From contig NW_026262581.1 in NCBI RefSeq assembly GCF_021869535.1, positions 95,976,001-96,040,000 of the forward strand: DNA of 64,000 bases, read 5' to 3'. Shown here piece by piece: positions 46,701 through 61,700 of the stretch. The stretch comes from Mytilus californianus (lineage: Eukaryota). Numbering within the stretch: the first letter of the stretch is position 1; each line of letters begins with the position of its first letter. The position numbers were made by a program, and so were the translations under genes. The notes below the pieces were generated by a model. The model searched no databases. It was not told where the DNA came from and saw nothing but the letters and a program-made list of their open reading frames with translations.

Positions 46701-49700
46701 TATTGATTGAATTGAAAAATTAGTTATCAAGGTTATGTATTAAGTTACTGTGCAAAGTTTCAAGAATTCCCAAGTGCCCACTAAAAATAAAAATATTTAT
46801 GATACATTTAACTAATAACAAAAATATGTTACTACAGATTAAGAAAAAAAGAGTAGACAACTCGTGAAAGTATCTGTAATAACACACGTATGTTATTTTT
46901 CTCTAATAACTAATTTAAGTTATACCCTTGACTGTTCATTGTTCACTGATCAAGGGAAAGTTTTGGTTTAAGGTAGTTCATCATGAAGAAGTGGCCACAT
47001 CATCTGGAAACTGAGTACACATGTTTCATTATGATGTGAACTTTTAGAAATATATTCCAAAGTAGGGCTTGGACACAGATTTGTTTTACCTCTTTGCATG
47101 TTAAGAACCTTTGCAACAACTCTTTGACGGGTCCAGGTGGCCTATTGTTCATTTTCTGGTGACATTCCAAATTCCCTGCTCCTAATCTGGGTCGACCCCT
47201 ATTTCCGGCCCTACCTATTGTTAATTTGTTCTCATCCTGAACAGGATTGAACTATTTGCCATTGGACTTAAAGCAAACATGCAACATGTGTCCTATAATA
47301 TGGACACAGATTCTTGTTTAATCTAAATCTTGATCTAAATAAATCAGTAATTGTCAAGACTGGTAAATATGTATGACTGTTTCTAGATAAAACTGTGGAA
47401 CATTAAATCACATTGCATTGAAACAGGCATATATAGTCACATGTAATGAGAGGAGAATCCCTATTACTTTTGATATCATTACTTCCAAGGTCAAGGTCAA
47501 TGTTAATAAAAATAGTTCGGAATTATGGTAGAAATGGGGTTCCAAGATGATTACAACAGGACCATACATGGAAACTTTGACATATATGGTCACATGCATG
47601 TATAAGTGGAGGGAGATACTTAATTATTTTTACCTGAATCCATCCAAGGTCAAGATCACAGATATAAAAAAGGTAGTGAAATTTGTGAATAACAGAACAA
47701 TACAGAAAAGTGACAGAAGTTTGAACACTGCTTTGGAATAGATACAGACTATATAACACATGCAACTAGTTTTTAGAGGTTATAATGTCTTTGAAGATAA
47801 AGGCACCTGCATTTGTTCCCTGTTCACATAAAATGTATCATTACAAATTTGTAAATTAAAATGCTGACTCATATAGTTTATGCTGTTTTTTTCAGATGGA
47901 AAGAAGACATGGTCTTTAATATTTGCTGGAAATATTGATAAAGAAAATACTAAAGTACAATGGAAGAAGAAAAAATTACATATAATGATGAAGAAAAAAT
48001 GTCCTCAGATTTGGTCATCATTAGAGGTAAGCAATATATTTAGCTCACTTATATGGAACATGTGATCAGAGGTTTTGTAATAGCTAAGTGTGTCATGCCT
48101 TCTTCATTTCTTAACAGGAAACACTACATTTTTGTCAATTTCTCATATGCAAGTATTGGCATTACTAACTGTTGGAAATTAGAATAGCCTCCCCAATTCT
48201 GACCAATGATAGATTTTTATAGTTTGTAAATGTCAACTTAATTCTAGTACCTCTGTAACCAATGTGAGGTTTAGTGTAAAGATTGTAGGCTTTGTGTTTG
48301 TATATATGTAATATTGTATTTTGTCTTGCCTTTTTTGGTATTAAAGGAATACCTTATTTTATTAGAAAAAATTAAATTTTGTAAATTGCTGTCTTTATTG
48401 TTCCATTGGGTCCTTTACATTATCATGGTCAAGTTATAGTTTTGAAGAGTTACTGTATCAATATTTAGCCTAAAATTCTAGCAAGAAATCATTTTCTAAT
48501 TCAAAATTTAAAATATCCTGGTGTGTAGAAATTTTCTTTCATGGCAATATAAAAAATTGGTAGTTTTTTATTTTCAAGTGACATCATATGTTAATAAGCT
48601 GAAATAAAGATGACATATTAGCCTTAACAATTATTTTCAGTTTAGAAATGTATTTATAGTGTTAACCATTTTATTTATGAGTTGCATGTTAGTTTATTGT
48701 AGTATTATTAATTATTCATTTAAAAAAAATATAGATAATTTTGATCTTCTTCAGAGAGTTCTGAAAAAGCTTCAATCAGAACCCTGTTCTGAAGATATAT
48801 CAGAGGCCAAAAAGACTGATCAAAGTTCTGTGTCTTCTACTGAAGTTATGACCTCTGGTCAGGCGTCAGATGACACACCTTCCCCAGACCAAATGAGTAC
48901 CAGCGAGGCTACTGGAGAAGATTCAGGACAGGGAGATACTCAAACATCAGATGAATATTGTGTTGATAAGGACAAAGAAGAAGGTACTCATCAGACTTTT
49001 GCAAAATACAGTGCATCTTTATGTGTAGGTTGTGAAGCAGAATACAAGACATAGGGATGTTACTATTAATGCCCCTGCCAAGATGTGATGGACATATACA
49101 TGTAGTTTTATTCTCGCATGTGCATACATTCCTAAATTGAATTCCCTATGCTGATTTGAGTAAGATTCCACAAAAACATTAAATTAGGATTAAATGTTGT
49201 CAGATAGGGACTTCCAGTAAGAATTTGACCAACTTGACTTTTGTCTTACCAGAGGTATGTCCCTAGATAAAAAAAGGAAATAGCAAAATGTTTTTTTCTA
49301 TTGAATTGTCTGGCTAGCTATATTTCAAATTCCTCTCTACCTGTGGTCTTGTTGGTACACACAATAATAAATATTGCAGTGAGTTGTACATTCTTTCAGT
49401 GATCCTGCTTTTGGGGGACTAGGGCAAATGATATCGCTTTCTCATCAGTCACATTGTTTTTCCCATCTGCCAAAAATCAATATCATGTTGCCCTGGTGTT
49501 CCAACAGTTGATATTTACAATTTGATGTTGCAACAATTTTTTCATTTATAAAGACAAAATTTAAAAAACATAGACAATTTATTTTTTGATAAAAAAAGTG
49601 GAAGCAGGTTGTAGACTGATTGTATTTTAATTCAAAGGAACATCAAAAAGTTCTACTGAAGAGGGACTGTGAGGGCAAAATATCTCGGACAAGGTTTATA

Positions 49701-52700
49701 AATTTGAATAATTGAGACTTTTTATATGGTTTTGAACAGTTACCATTTGATTTCTTTTCTCATATTTTTTAGAGCCAGTTTACCAACTGGAGCATGTCAA
49801 AAACAGCTTTATAGAAAAGGTAATAATAATATAAATAGTATGTACCTCTATATATTTCAATGAATACCAGATGTATTGCTGAAATTTTTCAAGACAAGAC
49901 ATTAGGTTTGAACTGTAATTTCCTTTATCTTTTAAGTGAATGGTTACAGAGTAGCATTTCTGTAAGTGTTATTGTTTGTATAAATCAATATTTAAGAAGA
50001 GTAGTACAGTCAATGACAAAATAACAGACAATTAAATGTCAGTAAGGATACTGTAAAAGACCCCTGAAGTTGAATTTGTTATGTTACTATAACAAAATTT
50101 AATATTGCTAGAGTTAAGAATTTTACCATGAATTCTGCGACTATAATATAAAATATACTGCAGCTGTGCTGTTTTTGCAGTCAAATTGCATTGACCGTAT
50201 AATCATTTGTGATATACAGTCACTGACAGTATATCGCCTTGTTTATGACGTTGACAATGCGTTTCCGTAGAGTTTTATTTATGAAGTCATTAAAAGTACA
50301 GGTTCGCAGAATTTTTACGATGTTCACTCCAAATTAAAAAATGATGGTTTTTACCCTAAATATTTCATTTGGAACAGTTGTAGGAGTTGCAGTATATAAA
50401 GAATAACCATACATAGTCTTGAAATATAAATTTTATTTGTACTCGACTCAAAAGCCTCGCTTTCTACCTGTTTCTAAGCCTTGTACAAATAAAATTTATA
50501 TTACGATACAATGTATGGTTATTCCATATATGTTTGTTCTTTAATGTAAATAGTTGACTAGTTATATCATGGATAATTAACCATAAAGACTGAAAATTAA
50601 TCTCACATCAGGTCAACATTTGCAAAAATGAAAGCAGATATATATACAGGACATAAATTTCTGAATTAACAGAACTTTACCTACCAGTGTCTAGTTGAGT
50701 TTCATTTTAAGAATCAAGACCAGCATGTTGGTCTTGTACAAAGCATGGTTTATATTCATATCACTTTTACATGTTCTTTTCCTAAATTTGTAAATAAATT
50801 GTCACTGGATGTTAAGCAGTCATTCATCAACATCATCTTGTTTAGTTTGTCAGTTATTCATCTTTGATTGGTGGATTGTATTCCTTTTCTCTAACTACAC
50901 AAGGCTATAATGTTACTACATGTACTAGTGTTTGTCTTAACATTTCCTTAAATGCTTTACCTAACTTTTAATTTATCCCTAATTTGTGTCCCATTTTGAG
51001 GAAAGCAAATTTATTAAGTATGCTGTTGCATTTTTAAGGTCAAAAATTATATATATATATTGCAAGAGAAGCATTAAATTCATTAGGTAACACATGTAAT
51101 TGTTTAGTGATGTCATGTACCTTTGTGTTGACATCATTTGTTAGTGCAGATCATTTTTGTCGCAAAAGCAAGACAAAGCGATCCTACATTCCGTCGTATT
51201 TGGCAGGGTCCACAAATATTCACTCTGTGGTTCAAGTTTTTGAAATTTTAATAACTTTCTTAAACTATCCTGGATTTCTACCAAACTTGAACAGAAGCTT
51301 GTTTATGATCATAAGATAGTCACTAGAAGGAAATTTTGCAAAAAAAAAATCCTGTTTTTCCGTATTTTACTTATAAATGGACTTAGTTTTTCTTCCAGTT
51401 AACATTTCATTCACTCTGTGGTTAAAGTTTTAAAAATTTTAATAACTTTCTTAAACTATCCTGGATTTGTACCTAATTTGGACAGAAGCTTGTTTATGAT
51501 CATAAGATAGTATCCAGAAGTAAATTTTGTAAAAAAAAATCCTTTTTATCCGTATTTGACTTATAAATGGACTTAGTTTTTCTTCCAGTCAACATTACAT
51601 TCACTCTGTGGTTAAAGTTTTAAAAATTTTAATAACTTTCTTAAAATATCCTGGATTTGTACCAAACTTGGACAGAAGCTTGTTTATAATCAAAAACTAG
51701 TATCTAGAAGGAAATTTTGTAAAATTTATTTCCTGTTTTTCCGTATATAACTTTTAAATGGACTTAGTTTTTCTTCCAGTTAACATTACATACAGTCTGA
51801 AGTTAAAGTTTTTAAAACATTTATAACATTCATAAACCATTCTGGATTTTTACCAATCTTGGACAGAAGCTTCTTACAATCAAAAGATAGTATCTATGGG
51901 AAAATTTTTGATAATTTTTTCCCCATTTTTGTTGAGCCTGTGACTAGCAGCAAAAGTAGGCGAGACACTGGGTTCCGCGGAACCCTTACAAATTTTTTAA
52001 ATGAAAATGCACCTTTAATGGATTATTGGGCATACAGTAACCCTAGTACATTCAATAATAATTATACAGTAAAAGTCTGCTAATGGAGTAAACATATAAA
52101 AGTACCATTTATTATCATCATTATCTTCATTTTTAGGATGACACCATGACAGTACAGATCTATGTTAAGGAAGTAAAAAAAGATACAGTAGAAGTCAATA
52201 TGACAGACCAATCATTCTCTGTCAAATTCTCAACAATGTATGTTACCAGCCTATCTTAGACAGGCGCGTAGCTCCCTATACGCCAACATGCAGTTGCGTG
52301 CACATCGGCATGCTATAAAAAATATTTACGATTTTCAGCATTCTATGTTAGAGTTTATAAAATGGAATACATTTCTATTTAATTCAGGTTTAGCTAGCCT
52401 AACCTATTTGTCATCATTAAACGATAGTCGTTCGTCCAACCGTCTGTGAACTTAAAACGCATTTTATTACTAGTATGAGTGCACTGATGGCATTTTTACT
52501 TTAATGATGTCCATTTGTCCTAATGGCATTTTTCTTATTATGCCCCCGCCGTACGGCGACGGGGCCTTTAAGCTTTACCCATGTATGTCCGTACACCCAT
52601 TCGAAATTTCGCTCTCTTACTTAAGTTTGCATCCACCAAATTTTACGAAACTTATACACAATGCTTACTACCACAAAACACAGATCAAGTTCAAATTTGG

Positions 52701-55700
52701 GTACCGTCACTTTTGTCATTCAAGTATTACCCCTTTTTAACCGAAAAAAATGCGGAAATCGGTTTCCGTTCTACAACTTTAGCAGTCTGTGCCAAACTGT
52801 TTAAGAGTTTGTATGACTGAAAATGAAATTTGACCTTTTCTACTATATATATATTTTCAACAAAAAATCTAAAAATTTCTGTCTGACCAAATGAACTTTT
52901 GTCTGACATTTTGTCGGTCAGACAGAGTTTGGAATACACTGCTTCTGTTTGCCTCAACCAAATGTTTTGAAACTTATACACATGCTAAGTACCATAAAAC
53001 ACAGATCAAGTTTGATTTGCAGCCTGATCCAATATATGGTTTTCGAGTTAGGCCAGCAAGAGCGTCCGTGTCCTTCAGACACATTCTTCTTTTATTTTCG
53101 GTCTTATTTTAGTTTCATGTACTTAGTATCATAAAAAAGTATGATTCGCATCAATCAGGAGGTCGCTCGATGGCGAACATGCTGGTGTATAACACCTCGC
53201 GATCAGATGAAAACTGTTTGAGATACTCGATGCGGTACGCCCAGTGCTGTATCCTTCTGTAGATACTATTTTGAGTATTATGTTGACAACGCCGGTAACA
53301 TGTGCTACCGCGGACGATATCATTCAGTGTACTACATCGGTTGAAAACATATGTACGATCAACTATGAATAAGGAAAGGTTATCATCGTTAGCATTAATG
53401 CATATTCATCGGGATTTCATTGTGAATATTGACAAAGTAATGGAGAAGTTCGTTTCTGCTAAGACCCGAAGAGCAGATTTTGGACAATTTTGAGTAAATT
53501 CTGTCTCACAAAAATGTGTTGCTTATGTATTCAATTTACCATGATTTATCCTATTCAAAAGAATTCTGAATAGTTTTGCATTCATGAATTGTCTATAAGT
53601 CCTATGTAGCACCTCTTTGAACCCTCCGAAAACCGAAAAAAAATATCATTTTCTGCATAAAATGGTCCAAACAAATTTTTCGCCTCTATCCGCTCGGGGG
53701 TAGATAAGCGTGCACATCAATTTAGTCTAGCCCCTGTTAGAGATTCTATTAAAATACATGTACTATAGAACCCATCTTGAGTGAAGACAAAAAATCTTTT
53801 ACAATTATGTAGAACCTGTCTTGAGAGAGGATGTCTGGAACATAGTCACTACTTTTCACAATATATGTAAATGTCATGAAAGTGACTGAAAAGAAAGTTT
53901 CTCTTTAATAGTATAAAAATAAAGAGATGTGGTATGATTGGCAATGAGACAACTATCCATCAGAGTCCAAAGGACTTAGATGTAAGCAATTATAGATCAT
54001 GGTACGCAGGTTCTAGTTTAATGCAAAAATGCAAGAAAATAAGCATTGCATGTACAAAAGTTCACATTTTTATTCATGATGGTAATTTTTATGCCCCCGC
54101 CGTAGTGGAGGGGGCATTAAGTTTTACCCTTGTCCGTTTGTACGTACGTCCCAAAATAGGTTTCCATTCTCTAACTTTAGTTTGTCTCAACCAAATGTTA
54201 TGTAACTTATACACAATGCTTATTACCACAAAACACAGATCAAGTTTGAATTTTGGTGGCGTCACTTTTACCGTTCTAGAGTTATGCCCCTTTACAAATG
54301 GAAAATTGCGGAATTTATCGTTTCCACTCTTACTTTAGTTTGCCTCAACCAAATGTTATGAAACTTATACACAATGCTTATTACCACAAAACACGAATCA
54401 AGTTTGAATTTTGGTGGTGTCACTTTAACCATTCTAGAGTTATGCCCCTTTATAAATGGAAAAATTGCAAAATTTTTATTTTCTTCTAAATATCAAGTAA
54501 TTTTTAAAATTGGAGTTATCTTCCTTTGTCCATGATTATAGTTGAATCAACTACAATCAATGCTTTATACAATGCAATGTTTAATTTTGACTTCCACTGA
54601 TAAAACACAGATCAAGTTGAATTTGGGTAGTGTCACTTTAATCATTATTGAGTTATGCCCCTTTATAAATCGAAAGATTGCAAAATTTTTAGTTTCCATT
54701 CTGTAACTTAAGTTTGCCCCAACCAAACATTATGAAACCTATACACAATATACATTACCACAAAACTAAGATCAAGTACAAATTTTTTGTTTCCGTTTTC
54801 TAACTTTAGTTTGCCTCAACCAAATGTTATGAAACTTATACACAATGCTTATTACTACATAATACAGATTAAGTACGAAATTTGGTGACAACACTTTTAC
54901 CATTCTTGAGTTATGTCCCTTTATAAACATAAAAATATCTGAATTTTTCGTTTCCGTTCTCTAACTTTAGTTTGTCTCAACCAAATGTTATAAAACTTAT
55001 ACACAACCATTCTAGAGTTGTGCGTGTTTACAAATAGCAAAATTGCTGAATTTTAAGTTTCTGTTCTCTACTTAAGTTAGCCTCAACCAAATGTTATGAG
55101 ACTTACACACAATGCTTATTACCACAAAACTCAGATCAAGTTCAAATTTGGGTAGCGTCACTTTTACTGTTCTTCAGTTATGTCCCTTTATAACTATATG
55201 ATATGCAAGCGGGTGCATCATCTGTGTCCACATGTGGACACTATCCACATTTATTTATCATAATTTGTAATCAAACTATTATTTACTTTGGCATTGATAT
55301 ATTTTAAAATCTGTTGCATATATTCCTGTACTATAATAAATTCTTTCCCTTTATATTCAAGTTTTTGTGTCACAATTTTTCTCATCGTTACAAATAAAAA
55401 GTTCAATGTTCACATTTTCTATTAAAATGTTCACATTTTTCTCAACCTCTGATCATTTTTATAACTCGCTTCATATAGGACAACAGCTGTTTAGTTGAAA
55501 GAGCAAACATTGTTTAACACTTGGCATTTTTGCACAGATTCCTACTGATTAATTTACCGACAAAAATATATGGCACTGAAGATAGTACATTGACAGTATA
55601 TAGGTCAGCCTAAAAAATGCATTATGAAGCAAAACTGAAATGAGATAACATTTTTTGATTGAAATGATTGTCCATAACCTGCATATGAGGCTCATAAGAT

Positions 55701-58700
55701 AATATGACACAAAACAAAAGTAATGAAAATAAGATATGTTTTGCCAAAAGGTCCTACAGTAATTTGATGTATTACTCCTATTTAGAATTATGTTGATTTT
55801 TTGAAACATTCCTTGAATGCATTGATATAACTAAGAGGTACTTAATTTATTTCAGGAATGCTCAGTTTTTGAACCTTCACAAAGAATCAACCAGTGATAC
55901 AATATTTAGTTGGGAAGTAAAACTCAAGTAAGAATTCCTTTATTGATATTTTATTTACCTTTAAGTAATATTATAATAAATTGAAGTTTTTAGCTTTAAT
56001 CTGCACATAATGCTCACTTTCAAGTAAGGACTCCTTTATTGATATTTTATTTGCAAGTATGTTATATTCTTATATAAACTTGTATGTAAATAAGAATTTT
56101 GGACTTTTGATATTTTTGAATTTCTATTGGCTTTAGAATCATTTAAATTAATGAAGGTTGTTACTTTTTAACAATTTCCACTTTAATGATTGTCTCTGAA
56201 TAATTTAATAGGTTAAAATTGTCACATATCTTACAATAACTGTAGTTTCTTAACAAACCATCAATATATATTAAATACTTTATGCATGGCTGTTATGTTT
56301 TGTTTTTTTTTAGACATGAAATTGTACCAGAGAAATGCCGATACAAATTAAGTCAATCAGTACTTGAGATAACACTTTCGAAGGAAATCAGTAGAAGATG
56401 GGGAGCTTTAGAGGCACCACAAAGGAAAGGTGAGAGTTGTTTTTACTCCTGATTTACATCTAGCCTAGTGAGGAAATGATTAATACATTCTCAAACATAG
56501 AAATCGGGCTCCAGTATTTAACAAAATATTTTTAAAAATGTAAAAAAACAAATGCATGTATTCCCATTTTCAACCGTATTTTCAAATGGAAAAATCTGGT
56601 TATTTATTTGGGATAGTATTATGGGCAGGTGGCTCCACTTTCAGTGCAATACCTTTGACCACTGCTTGCCAAATTTTAATCTGTTGCTGATGACTAATCT
56701 CAGGGTCAAGTTTTAATTTTAGCCTTTCAGGAGTCATGGACCTTGATTAATTAGAAAATGTTGATTCCAAGGCAAGATTGGTTATGAATTTTACATTTGC
56801 CATTCAGGGCCTAATACTGGTTTACTAATCACACTAATAACTTTAAGAAAGATCCAGTTTGCTGTCATTTGACAGGCTCTTGTTTTCTATTGCAAACTAT
56901 TGTGCACTGCTTCAAGAATGTTGCATCAATATTTCAAGAAAAAATCAATGGTAGATTTTTTTTCTGTATGCTTTTGTAGTAATTGAACAATTGCTCTATA
57001 ATTTTATTGCATAAAACCATTAACTTAATAACTAACTTAAATACCTACTAACTAAAGAACACTTCACAAAAATTTGGTGAATATATCTTTTGGTTTTAAA
57101 AGTCGTGCTACTTTTGGGGATAAATATTAAATATGGAATTTTGTGTCTTTTCCTGAAATATGGATAAATCTAACAGAAATATCTCCCAAAATCTGCATGG
57201 TAAAAGTTTTTATTTCTAAATCAGCGTTGGGGATTGTCTTTGCTGAAAAGTTATTAAGTAATGAAGTGATAATAATTTGTTTCTTTATAATATTAGCATG
57301 ATTAGTTCTGAACCTTTCTCTAAAGACCCCTTTCATAGTAAGTAATTCTTCCTTTGAGGCCTCGAATGTTCATGAGGAAGACTTCAGTATAAATTTTTGT
57401 TTTCGATTAAATCACTAATATTGATATCCCTATATATTGGTTGCACTATCATAATACCAATTTCTTGTATTTCAGAGACTACCCCAGCACCTAAATCTGA
57501 CGAATGGTTACCCACCACATCATCTTCCTCATCCTCAGAAAACAAATCCAGTTCCGCCAAACCTAAAACAGTACAGTTTGATGAGCTGGAGGATCCCGTT
57601 ATCACCAAGAAACAAGAAAGAGATGAAGACAACAGGGCCATGGCAGACTCTATGAAAGGGGCTACTGGCACTTCAACATCAACTCAAGTAAATTTAAATG
57701 CTTTAGATATTTGCAATTTAAGAATTTAAGCAACTGTTTAAAGGTTAAAATTTTCAGAGTAAAATACAGTCGAACCTCGTTATGTCGAAGTTGAAGGGAC
57801 CGTACCAAAGTATTCGACTTATCTGAGGTTCAACTCATCCAAGGTCTATTGTGTCATCATAAATTTGAAATGCATGAAAAACGGTATGAGATTTGTGTAA
57901 ACTAGATACTTTGAACAGTGTGTCTTTTTTCAATATGACACTTTATGATTGTGTATTCAATCTCCATATTTTTTGGTCCTTCATAATAATTAAACACACA
58001 AATACAGATACAAATCATGCACAAATAAAATCAATTGTATACACAAATATTTACAAAGGTCAGTCACTATAAATTATGAAATCACTTGTGGAACGAAATA
58101 AGTTCTGAACGGTCTCTGATAAGGTCGTCTGCTTTACATTAACTTATTATAAATTAATCATTATTGTCTGAATCCTTTTATTTATTGTTATTAATGAATT
58201 TTAATTCTATTGATTCATTTAATCTCGGCTTCGCCGCTTGGGTCATTCAAATTCGTTTCGTTTTTTATGTCAGGTGAAATATGTTCAACACACGATTGGA
58301 CGATCAACAAAGGTGTTAATTACCGGTCACCATAAACATGTTATTTTAGCTGTTATACAAACAAATATGTTTACTCAGCTTTAATCTCTTTTGAAAGTGA
58401 TTAGGTTACATAAGAACTACATCCGATTTCTTACTTTCGAACTTAGAGACATCGGTGTCAATTTACATTAGTTTTAAGTCGACGGGACTATAAAATTTAC
58501 TCGACTTAACCGAGTATTCGAATCAACCGAATTTGACTCATCAGAGGTAATTATGCATTGATCAAAAAGGAATTTTTCCGGGGCTTAGAAATTACTTCGA
58601 CTCATTTGAGTTTTTGACACAACCGAGTTCAACACAACGAGGTTCAATTGTATACTTTTGACATACCATTTTATTCATGAGTTCATATCAAAATTGATTT

Positions 58701-61700
58701 TGTAACAAAATTGCAAGGAAAATCAAAATATGTCGCCATGTTAAACTTTTTTTTTTACTTTTACAAATCTGAGTAACGAAATTGATTAGATATACTTTCA
58801 ACATTTTGAAAATTGTTTCATAAATGGCAAAAAATGATGAGCGCTGACAAAATCACTATAATATGACAAGTCAGACACATATTTAGACCTTTTATTAAAA
58901 TATACATGTAATACTCTGTTTCTTAAGTTAATGAAGTCAACTGAATTATTCTTGTAAATTTTGGTCTAGCATCCTGGTCTTTTTTTAATGAATGCATAGT
59001 CAATTACGGTGGATTATTTAATTTAGATACTATATTGAACTTTCACTAATGAAGTAACTAAAAGGTAAAAAATATGATTTGACCCTATTTCTGTGTTTAA
59101 ATAATATATAAGCTAATTGCTATGGTTATAGTTTTATTTTATTCTTAGATTATTAGATCAACATTTAAAAGATAATATGGCTTTCTCAGAATTTGTTTCT
59201 TTATTATATCTTAATTTCTTTTTCAGAAACCTACATGTAAAGTATCACCACTGAATAAAAACATGGACTTAGAACAGAATGTTAGATCAGGATTTACTGG
59301 ACTAGATAACTTGGGGAATACTTGCTTTATGAATAGTGTCCTGCAGTGTTTGTCTAATACCAGAGAGTTCAGGGACTATTTTCTCAGTGAGTACAGTATC
59401 CTTCAAAGTTTAAATATATTTCTTTACAAGGGGAACAAACTTAGAAGAGTTTAAAAGTGAATTAACATACAGAAAACCAGCTTACATATCCATCTTGAGG
59501 GTATAATGAAGCTGATTTTTGCTAAGTTATTTCATACAATTTATATATATTTTATATTGTGTGAACAATATACATGTAGTAATGCAACCCTACTAAAGTA
59601 TTTATACAAAGAAATTGAAACTTTGCTCATATACTGAAGATGTGCAGGTCATATAAGTGTAGATATGTTTTCAATTAATTTTTTTTAATTTGTTTATAGA
59701 AAGCTCATAAATTGTGTAACCAAATTTTGTGTTTTGATGTCAGGTTTTCAAAAATTTTAATTAGCAATTTATTCAAATGATATTTTCCTACCGAAGGTCG
59801 GTGGTTCTCTCCGGGCACTCCGGCTTCCTCCACCAATAACAACTGACCGCCACGAAATAGCACAATAGTGTTGAAAGTGGCGTTAAACACCAATCAATCA
59901 ATTAATCAATATTCAAATGATGTCCTTATCATGAAGAACTAGCTTTCTGTTCAGTATTACAAAATCAAAAGTGGACATCATAAATCACATTTATTGTTTC
60001 AATGCAATTAATGCAGTATTTTAGACCATGTCCTGTTATTTTTAAGAACATACAACTAATAGATACTTTGATTGTGTTTTATTTATAGGTAGTAAATACC
60101 AGGATGATATTAATGCAGATAATCCATTAGGATTTGGTGGGAAGTTAGCTGTCTCATTTGCCACACTTCTCAAGGTTTTATGGGCTGGAACTCATTATTC
60201 CTATGCACCATCAAAACTAAAGGTAGGAGTCGTTATTACATATTACTTCACAATATTGATATTATTATTTCTCATACATTTAATTATAATAAACTTTCCA
60301 TTGAAGGTCTATGTGTGATGTTGTCAGATACGTTAAATAGTATTAAAATACTTCATGCTCAGTTGGACTATGTCCTGTTTAAATTGATATATTCAATATT
60401 AGTTAAAATAGTTACCAAAGCATTTCAGTCAGTCCAGTGTATTAGAAGATTAAGCATATGACTTTTATGACCTCAATAGTAAAATGCTTGTTGTGCTTGA
60501 TGAGGGAAATACTTCATTGTTGTCATATCAGCAAATGTCACTTAATGTGAAACAGGGCTTCTAATCAGAACACAACAGCATATATTATTTATAAAAAAAA
60601 ATCTGTTATTCCAGACGTAGATAAGCCTTAAAATCCATACATTGTGTATCTTATTGTCAACCTGACCTCATTTTTACAGTTTATTGATCAATATGAATTA
60701 TTGTTATAGCTGTAGTCAGAATATTTAACATATTTACTCATAATTAGTTAGACATATTAGGCATTTCCAAATGTCTTATCTTCATTTTTTTAATATTTTG
60801 CCTTTCTTTCAGTATCTTATATCCATGAAAGCCAGCCAGTTCACAGGATTTGCTCAACATGACGCTCAGGAATTCATGGCTTTTTTGTTAGATGGACTTC
60901 ATGAGGTAATGTTTGTTTTCAAATGCAGCAAAGTTGCATGTATTTTGTAAACACTGTGGTCACCTCTCTAACAGCACAGCAGTCACCTATTATCCTGCAA
61001 AATAACTGTTCTAAAATCTAATAAGTCATTTTGAATAGTGAAGTTTATTAAGTGATACATTAAGTATACCATATCACATGATGGGATATTTTTTCATGTA
61101 TAAATAGTAAGTTGAATTTAGACATGAAACTATTGAAAGTCCTAAAGAAACCCAAATTCATTAATTGTACATTTAATATAGGGTTTTCATTGAAGCATGC
61201 ATATGTGTCATAGCTGCATGATTTTATGACTGGAATTGCCCATTAAATGATCCACAGACAAAGTCCTGATTACACAAACTGATTCCTTTCATTATTGAGG
61301 TATGACTATCAGTGGATACCATCCCAAAAACATTCTTATTGTCAATATTTTTAATGGAAATTGGCTTGTTCACTGCCATATTTTGTCTTGTGAGGGTAAA
61401 ACCCAAGAGAATTTGGAAATGAATTATTCAGATAACCATATAAAACCTGAAGAAAATCAAACATAGTTTTCCCAAACACATGTTTACCTGTCTAACATTA
61501 ATTAAGGTATCAACCATGTCAATTAATTATCAATTTTGGCAATCAAAAATAATATAATGTTGCCTGGAAGAGAACCTGTAGGGTTTTTAGGTGTTTCCCA
61601 TACCCAAACATGGACTTAGCCATTTCTGCTTTAATCAGTTGGCTAATCTGCAACTCTTTGAATTTTTTTTACAGAATTCCACCAAACATGCAGAGATTTA

